A stretch of DNA of 64,000 nucleotides from Octopus vulgaris (lineage: Eukaryota), in NCBI GenBank assembly GCA_951406725.2, contig OX597829.1, forward strand, positions 17,112,001 through 17,176,000, given 5' to 3'. Position 1 is the first letter of the stretch, and each line of letters begins with the position of its first letter. Below the pieces are notes generated by a model. The model was not told where the DNA came from, ran no database searches, and was given only the letters and a program-made list of their open reading frames with translations. The translations under genes and the position numbers were made by a program. Below are positions 1 to 12,356 of this stretch, one piece after another.

Positions 1-295
1 AGGAACCAGCAGAAGAATTTCCAGCCTATCCTCATGCAAAGAGGCTTTTTATGCCACTGCCTTGAACTACAATGTGGTCCTGTAGCCAGTAATATTTAAT
101 CAATGGATTAGTTATATGCTAACCGTACCAAGAGAAAATTCCACTGGAAAATGCTATGGGTTCACACCACACTTCTTCCTAGTGTAAAAACTGGTGTGAA
201 CAAGATTTTCTTTAGTTTAGTGGATACACACTTTCCCCATATGAATAGGTTCTATAAACTATTTAATAGGAAAACTTTAAGAGTTTCTTTTTGCT

Positions 296-495
296 GTGCA
301 CCTTGCAGGTGGCACGTAAAAAGCACCCACTACACTCTCGGAGTAGTTGGCGTTAGGAAGGGCATCCAGCTGTAGAAACTCTGCCAGATCAAGACTGGAG
401 CCTGGTGCAGCCATCTGGTTGCCAGCCCTCAGTCAAAACCGTCCAACCCATAAAAGCATGGAAAACGGACGTTAAACGATGATGATGATGATGAT
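296..495 (+). mobile_element. SINE-like family C 3' part with (GAT)n tail
   Basis: GTTGGCGTTAGGAAGGGCATCCAGCTGTAGAAAC...GGACGTTAAAC(GAT)n. Other copies are at 2400-2729 (+), 3308-3488 (+), 6385-6727 (-) and 9178-9375 (-). Confidence 0.8.
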
Positions 496-847
496 GTAGG
501 TCCACACCTGAAACTGAGGCAGGATGCTGATGAAAATAGAATGCCACATATTCCTTTAAACAGCCAGGGCAATGCAGTAACTGTTGTATATGAGGTAGAT
601 GTGAGGTCAAAGAAGTTCAGCAGGCAGCCGAGTGTGTGGAATTGTATGGGTGTGATAGGTCCTGTCAGGATTAGATTTAACAACCATAAACCCTCTTTTA
701 ATATCCAGGAGAGAGAGAGGGACAATGTCGTAGCCCTAGCTGTCACGTATGGACGTTGAAGGAAAGTGCCATGGATTACAACATCAAGTGGAGAATGACG
801 GAGAACTGCAAGCAGAAGGTGCAAGCTACGCTTAGGTGAGAAAAGAA

Positions 848-1158
848 TCTCTCTATATAAACGACAAAATGTGTGTGTCTGTGTGTGTGCGTATCCTTTA
901 TATAAATCCACAATTTTTCAGTTAGAGGGCTTGCATTTTCTATGGTCATTCAAAACTGTCCAAGGGTGGTCGTGCACATCTTTACATTTCCCCAGTCACC
1001 CCGCAAAGCCATTATAAAAAATCAATAGAAGTGACTTTTTTGTAAATCTTCTATCCAAAACCCAATGAAAATGCCTGAAACTTGATATGCCAATTGAATG
1101 CCAGCTAGCTGTATGTGATTGGTCGGAGATTTGGACAGTTGCCGGGTCATAGTGCTAG
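848..1158 (+). mobile_element. Non-autonomous Helitron
   Basis: 5' end TCTCTCTATATAAA and 3' end GCCGGGTCATAGTGCTAG, inserted between A and T with no TSD. Two more copies are in the window. Confidence 0.75.
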
Positions 1159-1939
1159 TTATTTTATAAAACCCTTTTCCCCCAGACTTTTAACTAAACT
1201 GCAACAGCGAAAGTTTTCACTCATGCCTACATGAGGGAAAATACATGATCACTTACCTATGGGCTTCACCATACCTATAAACACTAGGACCTTAAGTCCC
1301 TTTACCATCACAACCTGATTGCACAGTAAAGTTCTGACTACACCAAAATATACACATATATGTATACACACCCGCATATGATGTTAAATCTTTGGGTTTC
1401 ACTCAATTCTCTCCTCCAAATCCCTTATGCATCACAACCCCACTACCTGCATCTAAGTCCCACTTTTGTTGGCAGTCACCACTAACTCTTGTTTCGGTGG
1501 AAATGACATAACTCTTGATGAATTCCATCTCTTTATTACCTCCTGCGGCTCCATTTCATCTATTTTCACATTACCAAAACACCAGATATGACACTTCCTC
1601 ACCTCCAGCAGCAGAGAGCAGTCAGCCCATTTTTCTTTCCATAGCAGCTAACTCTGATGAACATAGTAGGTAATTAGACAGCTATTTAATATCTATCCTG
1701 TGCAAAACCAATTGGTAAGACTGGCTATTTTGGATTTATAATACTGTATAATTTGATTCATTGTATGTATGTTTATGTGTGTGTAGTGAGAGACAGAGAG
1801 AGAGAGAGCAGTTAATGTGTGTGTATATACAAAATACTAAGCATGTACAAAATACTAAGAGCAACAACCTTGTGATAGCTTCAACTCAGTGGAATCTGGA
1901 GTGATTATTGTTTAGGTACAAAATAATAATGGGGCATAC

Positions 1940-2027
1940 CTGAAAAGTGTTGTCGCTGCAATTGCCGCACGTGTTTCACTGTCATTTCAAGAATATCTGC
2001 TTTTTCCATCTTACTGTGTCTAGCTCC
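1940..2027 (-). CDS. HES: HES/hairy-family bHLH gene, exon 3 (loop and helix 2: GARHSKMEKADILEMTVKHVRQLQRQHFS)
   Basis: The exon has the acceptor tattttgtag and donor gtatgc. It is 88 nt, phase 0-1, as in HES1 exon 3, and carries the EKADILEMTV motif. I did not find exon 4 (Orange domain, WRPW) in 1-1939. Confidence 0.96.
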
Positions 2028-2399
2028 CTACAAAATACATAATCAGCCTCTATTATATATATATATATATATACATATATACATACATACTTTTTAAAGT
2101 ACAATATATAGATTTAAATAATTCTGTGGTAATTACATAAAAACCCCTTTGGTGAACCAGGCTACAAACCACATAGTAACCCAATACATAGGAAGTAATG
2201 TAGAGTCCTAAGCAGTTGAAATCCAGTTAATCTAATCAGTGAAGATTATTTCATGTATAGTATAGAGGAGTATATAGAATATAAAAAAAAAGTTATGACA
2301 TGATTATATTTAATACACCAGTTGATATCCATAAGACCTTATAGGTATCAACTGGTGAAAGGAACGTATTCATCTCATACCTCCTAACTTTCTTTATAT

Positions 2400-2729
2400 T
2401 TGACACCCGTGCCGGTGACACGTAAATAGCACCGTCCGAACATGGTAGATGCCAGCGCCACCTGACTGGCATCCGTGTCGGTGACATGTAAAAGCACCAA
2501 CTGATCATGGCTGTTTGCCAGCCTGCTCTGGCACCTGTGCCGGTGGCACATAAAAAACACCCACTACACTCACGGAGTGGTTGGCATTAGGAAGGGCATC
2601 CAACTGTAGAAACACTGCCAGATCAGACTAGAGCCTGGTGCAGCCTCCATGGCTTACCAGACCCCGGTTGAACCGTCCAACCCATGCTAGCATGGAAAAC
2701 GGACGTTAAATGATGATGATGATGATGAT
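2400..2729 (+). mobile_element. SINE-like family C
   Basis: Matches 296-495 and adds internal CCGGTGACACGTAAA-type subrepeats. Confidence 0.8.
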
Positions 2730-3596
2730 ATATATATATTTATATCATCATCATATGTTCCCACTCTCCGTATGTCATCACAGTCAGAGTGGCAAATGTT
2801 TAGAGACTCAACATACATAGAAATAAGTATACAGATAGATATATGTGTGTGTACTATGTATAATTCTTTCCATCCCTTCTCCTCCCCCAAACTGATGGTC
2901 AGAGCATCCAACTTAATGCCCCATCTATAATCATCTGTCATGTTTCACACTTTCACGCTAATCAACTAGACCATATTTTCAGTCCCTTAATCCCGTTTTT
3001 TTTTTTTGCATGTTCACCTTATATCCTGATCTCACATCTTTCTCTCCCTCTTTCCAGGTGAAGAAACTATGTGTCCACCCTCAACAAGACTCCTGCTCCT
3101 GTCTTTGTTTCATATCCCTCTATATGAGACGACTGATCGTTGCCAAAGCTGCTATCTGGCCTCCTTTTGGGGAAATCATGGTACAGCTGATATGATCTTT
3201 ATGTATGTGTGTATATATATATATATACTGTGAAGAGGTTGGCATTTGAAAACATATCCAGCTGTAAAGACCTTGTCAAACCTGACCTCACCTATTCTGG
3301 TTCCACATAAAAAGCACTCAGTCCACTCTGCTGGGTGGTTGGTGTTAGGATGGGCATCCAGCCCTAAAAAATCCATGTCAAAACAGATCAATAGCCTGGT
3401 TTAGTCTTCTTCTATATGGCTGGCCCCTGTCAAACCATCCAACCCATGCCAGCACGGAAGGAGGACGTTAAATGATGATGATGATGATATACTTACAAAC
3501 GAACACATCAGAATTCACATCATGCTAAATAAAACAACAAAAATAGCAACAATGAAGTTGCAAACCATTCCTCTCTTTATAAAGAAAGACATTTAC

Positions 3597-3692
3597 CTCT
3601 TTTTTCATGACTTCTAATAGAAGAGCTTTCAATTCAGCTAAACTTGCATTCATTCTTGCTCTTCTTCGCTTTTCCATGATTGGCTTGGAGCT
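3597..3692 (-). CDS. HES: HES/hairy-family bHLH gene, exon 2 (basic region and helix 1: [32 protein letters not shown])
   Basis: The exon has the acceptor tttcacag and donor gtaaat. It is 96 nt, phase 0-0, the same size and phase as HES1 exon 2. It carries the diagnostic basic-region proline, [11 protein letters not shown]. Confidence 0.96.
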
Positions 3693-3718
3693 CTGTGAAA
3701 ATAAGAGAGTAAATTATC

Positions 3719-3767
<49 letters not shown>

Positions 3768-4012
3768 GTAATAAACTTTATCTTGCTCCATTCTAAATAA
3801 AACTGACCGCCAAATGGGAACGTGGGACTCTGAGTAACAGTTTTTGAGATATTTTTGCTGCTTTTTAATAAAGCATATTACTCTACCTCTGGTATTCGAG
3901 TACTTATTTTTCCAACTTGTTTCGCATTTATATGCTTAGACTGGTATACACATGCATACATACATACATATATATACATACATATACATATATATACATG
4001 CATATATATATA

Positions 4013-4200
4013 TTATTTGTAATATAAATTAATGGTAAAATATTTCTTTACCTTCACCCATTTAATACAATAAGTAAGTTAATTGCATTGCAATTAAAAA
4101 CATTTGTGTATTAACAATTTGGGTATTATACCAACAGCATATTGGATAAGTATTATCCCTTAGTAGGTTGGATCCACAACCCCTAACTTACTTGGTGTTA
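4013..4200 (+). repeat. Unclassified ~190-bp interspersed repeat
   Basis: A close inverted copy is at about 37126-37312 and a diverged inverted copy at about 57560-57710. Confidence 0.8.
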
Positions 4201-4512
4201 CACACACCCACACACACACATATATATATACACATACATATATATCTATATATATACATACATACATATATATATATATACATATACACATACATATATT
4301 CATATACACATACTTATACACACACATATGTATATATACACACACATATACATATATACATATATACATATATATATATATGACATGCATATATGCATAC
4401 TTAATATATCTCTTTATGCACTGAAATGTACATAAAATAACATTAAATATATATATATATGCACATGTATAGATACATACGTAAAATAACATATGTACAT
4501 AAATTAATATAC

Positions 4513-4562
<50 letters not shown>

Positions 4563-4593
4563 TACACACACATGTATGTGCATACATACATAC

Positions 4594-4628
<35 letters not shown>

Positions 4629-5037
4629 TACATACATAACATATCTATATGCATACATAAAATTATATATATATATATATATATATAGTACTGTAGACTT
4701 GTTTAGTAAACATGCTGAAAACCTACGTCATCTGAACACATTGATTTTATTATAGAAACCAGCAACACCATATGAGTATAATGAAGTTATTCTCAATTGC
4801 AGATAGAGTGTATCTGTATACGAAACTGCATTCTGCATCTGTTTGGTGTCATTTAAGAATAACGTACTATTTGACGCCTAAATTTAAAGTATGAAGTATG
4901 CTTTGTCTTAAAGAATAAACTTTAAATTTAACCTGCCTTCTTTTCCTTCCAGCAGGTTTAAAGAGAGAAAAAAATATGCCAAATATATTGAGAATAGATA
5001 CTAACTGAGACAGGTTAGTGTTCTGTCCAGGTGCGTA

Positions 5038-5553
5038 CTCTTTTACTCATTTACTTGTTTCAGTCATTTGACTGTGGCCATGCTGGAGTACTGCCTTTAG
5101 TCGAGCAAATCGACCCCCAGGACTTATTCTTTGTAAGCCTAGTACTTATTCTATCGGTCTCTTTTACTTGTTTCAGTCATTTGACTGGGGCCATGCACCG
5201 CCTTTAGTTGACCAAATCGACCCCCAGGACTTATTCATTGTAAGCCTAGTACTTATTCTATCGGGCTCCTTTTGCCGAACCGCTATGTTACGGGGATGTA
5301 AACACACCAGCATCGGTTGTCAAGCGATGTTGGGGGGGACAAACACAGACACGCAAACATATACACACACATACATATATACATGCATATATACGACAGG
5401 CTTCTTTCAGTTTCCGTCTACCAAATCCACTCACAAGGCTTTGGTCGGCCCGAGGCTATAGTAGAAGGCACTTGCCCAAGGTGCCACGCAGTGGGACTGA
5501 ACCCGGAACCACGTGGATCATAAGCAAGCAACTTACCACACAGCCACTCCTAT
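5038..5553 (-). mobile_element. SINE family B with duplicated 3' part
   Basis: Reverse-complement match. About 5040-5165 is repeated from 5161. Confidence 0.85.
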
Positions 5554-5834
5554 GCTTGTTTATTTCTTATCAAATTCTGGATTTAATGCTTCTCACTGCT
5601 TTTAAAGCATCTAAATCTTTCTTTGAAATATAAATGCTTTGCATATTACAATTATTGCACAAGTCTGTGAATTATCAGTATTGTTAGTGAAATGGCATAT
5701 CTTGGGTTCACTTAAAGGGTAAATGATAAAACCCTCTTCAATCTTAAATGACCATGGGCTTACACAAAGAAAAGTTCCCCTTCGAGGCCCTAGTTCAGGT
5801 AGTGTTTATGGACAACCAGTAGTTGCCCATGCAT

Positions 5835-6037
5835 ACCTATTTCTTTACTACCCATAAAGGGCTAAACACAGAGAGGACAAACAAGGGCAGACAAATGAAT
5901 TAAGTCGATTATATCGACCCCAGTGCGTAACTGGTACTTATTTAATCGACCCCGAAAGTATGAAAGGCAAAGTCGACCTCGGTGGAATTTGAATTCAGAA
6001 CGTAACGGCAGACGAAATACCGCTAAGCATTTCGCCC
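5835..6037 (-). mobile_element. SINE family A, head truncated
   Basis: Reverse-complement match. Confidence 0.8.
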
Positions 6038-6384
6038 TCAGTCATTCGTCCAACCCATGCTAGCATGGAAAGCGGACGTTAAACGATGATGATGATAATG
6101 ATGAAAAATAGGGGTAGTAGGTTGACAATCAGCAACAGCAGAACAGTATATTAAATACACTGCAATATTTATATATGTCTCTGTATGTTCTAAGTTCAAA
6201 TCATACCAGTCCAATTTGCTGTTAACTTTTAAATTTTTTTATTTTTTAGTAAATAAAGTTAGCTGCATAAAGTGTGTGATTTCAGATTGCGAAACTACTT
6301 TGAAGGAGATTAAATACTGAATTGGTATGCGTCATAGTTTTCCTTTTATAGCATCAGTCCCAAGATTTTTTGATCAGGCACTGT

Positions 6385-6727
6385 ATCATCATCATTATCA
6401 TCATCATCACCATCGTTTCACGTCTGCTTTCCATGCTAGCATGGGTTGGACGAATGACTGAGGGCTGGCGAACCAGATGGCTGCACCTGGCTCCAACCTG
6501 ATCTGGCAGCGTTTCTACAGCTGGATGCCCTTCCTAACGCCAACCACTCTAAGAGTGTAGTGGGTGCTTTTACGTGACACCGGCATGGGAGCCAGTCAGG
6601 TAGTACTGGCAACGACCTTGCTCGAATCTTTTACACATGCCAATAAGGCAATGTTGGTAACGATCAACGCTCGAATGGTGTCTTTTACGTGCCACCGGCA
6701 CGGAGGCCAGATAGCCGCTCTGGCAAC
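6385..6727 (-). mobile_element. SINE-like family C
   Basis: Reverse-complement match. Confidence 0.8.
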
Positions 6728-6888
6728 ATATATACAAATGTAGTGAGTGAATTAATATGAATGCATGCACAAACATATATTCATACATACACACAAACAC
6801 ATACATATGAATACATAAATATATACAAATATACACACATATATACATACATACAACCATATATATTCACACACACACACACACACAC

Positions 6889-7540
6889 AATCAAAATAAG
6901 CAACTATGATGTACCTACAACATCATAGTTGTTACAACTATGATGTAGGTACAACATGTTCTTTGTCTATCTCCTTAACTTCTTGGAGATCTTAGTTAGA
7001 ATCATACTAATGTGTCCTTCTGTTCTAATTTAATTAAATTCTATGTCTTTGTGCAGCTGAAGATTGCTTTACATTTAAAATTGACGTAATGAAATGATTG
7101 CATTGTTCAATTAAATGGAGTTGCATGAAACGATCGTACTGCATTACCTCTGGATATCCTTGTTGCTTATTTTGATTTTGATCAACTTATTTTGAAATTG
7201 CATGGATAATAACCATACTAAATTCTGGTGCCTCTAACTTAAGTACCATATTCATCTGAATCTAAATTATATATATATATAATCAAAATAAGCAACAAGG
7301 ATATCCAAGGTAGTGTAGTACAATCGTTTCATGCTACTTCATTTTATTAAACAATGTAAGTATTATATCAGTTTTAAAATGTAAAGCAATCTTCAGCCAC
7401 ATATAGAATTTTTTTAATTAAATGGACAATGTATAATCACCCCATTTGATTTATATAGATAATACCATACCAAATTCTGGTGCCTTTAACTCAAGTACCA
7501 TATTCATCTGAATCTAAATTTTGCTGAACTTATAATACCA
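6889..7540. repeat. Cluster of direct and inverted copies of one AT-rich repeat (also 10056-10230)
   Basis: About 7027-7177 is inverted relative to about 7281-7425, and 7202-7268 is repeated at about 7455-7519. Confidence 0.75.
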
Positions 7541-7542
7541 TA

Positions 7543-7591
<49 letters not shown>

Positions 7592-9922
7592 AAGGTGCTC
7601 ACAAACATTCATAAATATATACATTGATGCACACACACACAGACACACACACACAGACACAATTACACACATTACATGCATTACATAAGCCATGTGTATA
7701 TATACACATACACATTCATAAATATATATATATTCATGCACACACACACAATTACACAAATGCGTGCATTACATAGATGGACATATACAAACATAGATAC
7801 ATACAACCATATATACTCACACACAAATATATATATATGTGAGTATATATGGTTGTATGTATCTATGTATATGTGTGTGTGTGTGTGTGTATGTGTATAT
7901 GTACGACTTATTACTTAGATTTCATAGATGGACACATTCATAAACAAAATTCTCAGATATATGTATTTGTGTGTGTACACATACATACACACAAGCATTC
8001 ATAAATATATACATACATGCATAAACACACAATTACACACAGTACATAAATGGACGCATACATACATACATAAACAAAATTCCCAGATAAGGACAATTTT
8101 CTTTTCTCCATCATATGTCAAGTCTTGTTTGAGCAAACAAATTAAACATTATCCTTTTGTCCTTCGATTATAAGAACCTTGCCAAGGTGAACATAGACAA
8201 GTTATTTTCACTCATTTCTTGCTTACAAACCACCATTTAGAAACCAGTTGAAAGAGTATAAACGTTTATTTATATTACAAAATTTCTTTGTTTTTCTTTT
8301 CTCTCTCTCTCTTTTTTTTTTTTTTTTTGGTTTTTCTATTTTTTTCTTGGAATTGATGGTAACCATGATAATGGTGATGATAGATTAAATTGGTAGGGGT
8401 GCACGAGGGGCGAGAGGTGAAAAAGGTGGAGCTGCTGGGTTATGCTGTTCGATGTGATAGCCACCAGCCATCATCTCATTGTGGGTGTGTTGCTGCATAA
8501 GTGTGTGGGGTGGGTGGGCAGGAGAAGGAATAGAAATAGCAGGAACAGGAGAGGGGGGAGAGGAGGGAAACGTGGATGAGGGGGGAAGGAAGGAAGACGT
8601 GGATGATGATGATGATGATGATAAGGAGAAGAATGAGAAGAAGAAGGAGAAGAAGAAGGAGGAGAGGAAGAAGAAGAAGGAGAAGAAGAAGAAGAAGGAG
8701 GAGGAGAAGAAGAAGAAGGAGAAGAAGAAGAAGAAGAAGAAGAAGAGAGGAAGAAGAATGAGGAGAAGAAGAAGAATGAGGAGAGGAGGAAGAAGAAGAA
8801 GGAGAAGAAGGGTGAGGAGGGTGAGGAGGAGGAGACTCATGGGTAAGATAATATGCATCTATCAAGCACATAATGACCTGTTGATGTGGAGAACTTATCT
8901 GAACGAAAATTATAAACACACAACCTCAATGCTTCGGTTTTTCAACAGCTTCCCCTCCCCCGCCAAATAATACCTTTGCAGTTTTACTTCCTAGAAATGC
9001 GAGAAAGAAAAAAAAAGTATTTATATTAATTTTGTTTTGGTGAAGTTCTTGCTTTTCTTTATAATATACATGTGTGAAATATTTGGTAAACGTTTATACG
9101 CAAACATCACACACACACATATGTACGTACATACATACATACATACATGCACACAAGCATACACACAAAAATATATAATCATCAGCATCAACATCATCGT
9201 TTAACGTCCGCTTTCCATGCTAGCACGGGTTGGACGATTTTGACTGAGGGCTGAAGAACCAGATGGCTGCACCAGGCTCCAATCTTGATCTGGCAGTGTT
9301 TCTACAGCTGGATGCCCTTCCTAATGCCAACTACTCCGTGAGTGTAGTGGGTGCTTTTATGTGCCACCGGTACGGTGGTAGCCCCTTGCGGGCAGTAAAG
9401 AAATAAGTCTAATGATAAAAGATAAAATGTCAGTCCTTAAAACATCTAATGGATAAATTTACCAAAAGCCAAATCTTATAATGGTAATAAAATTGCTTTG
9501 CCTTTTATGTGCAAGAGAACCAATAGAATATTTAGTATTTTATTGAAAGGATTCCATCTTAAGTAGGAATTCTAAACTCACATCAGCATTATGGCAAAAC
9601 TTACAAGACATGTCTACACTATAGCCTACATGTGTACCCATCTTTTATCCTGCATGCGTTTTATCCATTAGATAGTGGCCATGGTGGGGCACAGCTTTGA
9701 AGAATTTTTAGTCGAATGAATCGACGTCAGAGCATTTTTTTAAAAATCCAGTACTTTGTTCTATCGGTCACTTTTGCCAAACTACTAAGTTACAGGGATG
9801 CAAACATACCAACCCTGGCTGTCAAGTGGTGGTGGTGGTGATGGGACAGACACACATATAAGAATTTTTGCGTAATAAAATAAAAAACAAAGGCTGTATA
9901 GATATTAGAGCATTTATAGATA

Positions 9923-9976
9923 GGTCTTACAGCTGTTTCTAGGATACTAAATTAATAATATCCCTTCATCGGAGAT
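9923..9976 (-). ncRNA. Degenerate minimal (Penelope-type) hammerhead ribozyme motif
   Basis: The minus strand reads ATCT CCGATGA A GGGATATTA ttaatt TAGTATCCT A GAAAC AGCT GTA AGACC. Core boxes, a 9-bp stem II and a palindromic stem III are present. The core has a U4C change. Confidence 0.45.
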
Positions 9977-10377
9977 GGTGTGAGAGGAAAAATTTGGGTC
10001 TCAATGACACCATTATCTCTTTATATATATATATACATATATATATGTATTATACTCAAAATAAGCAACAAGGATATCCAAGGTAGTGTAGTACAATTGT
10101 TTCATGCTACTACTCTACCTCGGATATACTTGTTGCTTAATTTGTTTTATATGGATAATACCATACAAAATTCTGGTGCCTTTCACTTAAGTACCATATT
10201 CATCTGAATCTAAATTTTGCTGAACTTATATATATGTATATATATATGTATACAACGGTCTTCTTTTCAGGATCCTTGTTCATGAGCTCCTTTTATGCTG
10301 ACGATGTAGGTCTCATGGCCCACACTGAAGACAAAGGTCTTGTTCACTCTGCCTTCAGGCCAGTCCTGTGTGGAATC

Positions 10378-10434
<57 letters not shown>

Positions 10435-11216
10435 GGTGTATGGATAGTTATAAGTGCGCACGTATGTTTCTTCACGAGGAATGAAGAGAAACAGATGGTT
10501 GAGGTGGTGGTGGGGGGTGTTCTGAGAGAGAAAGAGTGAAATAGTAATGGAGGGAAAGTATATAAAGAGAGAGAGAGAGAGAGAGAGAGAGAAAGTGATA
10601 TATGTTTGTTGTAGAAAGAGGGGGTGAAGGAGAGATAAGGGTAAGGGGAGGAGAGGAACTGTGAAAGAGTGATAGAATGAATGAAAGAAAGAAAGAAGTA
10701 AAAGAACATGAAATATAGGAGTAAGGAAAGAAAATGAGGAGAGAAATGAATGATTGGAAAGAAAAAGAAAAAAAGAACCTAACAAAAGCAAAACGGAGGA
10801 TGAAAGAAAGAAAGAAAGAAAGAAAGAAAAACATAGAAGATAGAGATAAGGAAAGAAAGAAAACGAGAAAGGAAGACAATAAAGGAGAAACTTTGTGTAG
10901 AAGCAGTGAGAAAGATAAAGAGTTGTTAGGAGAAAGGAGAAAATTGGAAGAGATACAGAGAGAGATACAGAGAGAGAGAGAGAGAGAGAGATTGGTGAAT
11001 GACGAAAGGAAAAGCGTAGAAGAGAGAGAGAGAGAAGGAGGGGAGAGAGAGAAAAGGTATGTATACAGAGAGAGAGGTTTGTTTTAAGGTAGTTAAAACG
11101 TTGGTGCTGATGGGAGTGGTGGACGTTGAGACGGTGGTGGTGGTGATGGGAAGGAAATATAGGAAGAAATGTAGGGAGTGGCTGTTAGAGAGAAAGAAAG
11201 AGAGAGAGGGGCAGAA

Positions 11217-11253
<37 letters not shown>

Positions 11254-11503
11254 AAGCGTAGGGGGTAAATGGAGGGAGATGAGGTGTGGGAAAGATACAT
11301 GTAAATCTCTTTTTATCTGAATATTTTTGTTGATGTCGACCGCAAATCCTGGTTAATACTTGAACGACGGATAAGATTTAGAACTTTATCAGTAAACTGG
11401 TCAATCACGTCATTTATCTTATCTCGTTTGAGACACTGACCGTTTACACATTAAGCTAAGGGCGTTAGGTGATGAAATACACACACACACACATAAATAC
11501 CTA

Positions 11504-11556
<53 letters not shown>

Positions 11557-11563
<7 letters not shown>

Positions 11564-11760
11564 TAAGTAGCTTGCTTACCAACCACATGGTTCCTGGTTC
11601 AGTCCCGCTGCGTGGCACCTTGGGTAAGAGTAGCCTCGGGCCTAAAGCCTTGTGAGTGGATATGGTAGAGGGAAACTGAAAGAAGCCCGTCGTATTCATT
11701 TTTTTTTTCATTTTCATTTAGTTTCAGCTCACGAGTTGTGGCCATGCTGGGGCACCGCCA

Positions 11761-11794
<34 letters not shown>

Positions 11795-12007
11795 GTATGT
11801 ATGTATGTATGTATGTGTGTTTCTATCTCCACCATCGCTTGGCAACCGATGTTGGTGTGTTTACGTCCCCGTAACTTAGCGATTCGATAAAAGAGACCAA
11901 TAGAATAAATACTAGGCTTACAAAGAATAAGTCCCGGGGTCGATTTGTTCAACTAATAAGGCGGTGCTCCAGCATGGCTGCAGTCAAATGACTGAAACAA
12001 ATAAAAG
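11557..12007 (+). mobile_element. SINE family B
   Basis: Sequence match with an internal insert. Confidence 0.8.
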
Positions 12008-12317
12008 TATATGGATCTCTTCGGTTTGGCTCACAGATTAAAACTTTTTTTAACTAAACAGTTTGAAACTTCGCATACAGGTGTAATTTCTCACGCTGAA
12101 CACAGTTTACTCTCAACATTTTTAATAAAATTTCGTATTTTAGAAGTTATTTCGTTTCACGTTGTGGCATTTGGGTAATTTTAACCAATCAATTTCTGTT
12201 GAAGAGCGAAGGCTCGAAACGTATAAAACTTTCTCACCTTCCTGAGCGTTAAACGAATACACCAGTTTGTTGTTTATACACCTGTTCGTCTTTTGTTTTT
12301 TGTAAATTCCAACTATG

Positions 12318-12356
<39 letters not shown>

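Noticed and set aside
1500-1700. Possible HES exon 4 at the acceptor TTTGCACAG (1698)
   Set aside because: It gives GGA TAG immediately, has no Orange domain or WRPW, and has a weak pyrimidine tract.
8479-8970. Plus-strand K/E/R-rich 163-aa ORF resembling a protamine or nucleolar protein
   Set aside because: It is a (GAA/GAG/GAT)n tract open in several frames, with no plus-strand gene structure.
10270-10325. Plus-strand acceptor followed by YADDVGLMA
   Set aside because: It is more simply a tiny decayed LINE reverse transcriptase fragment than a host exon.
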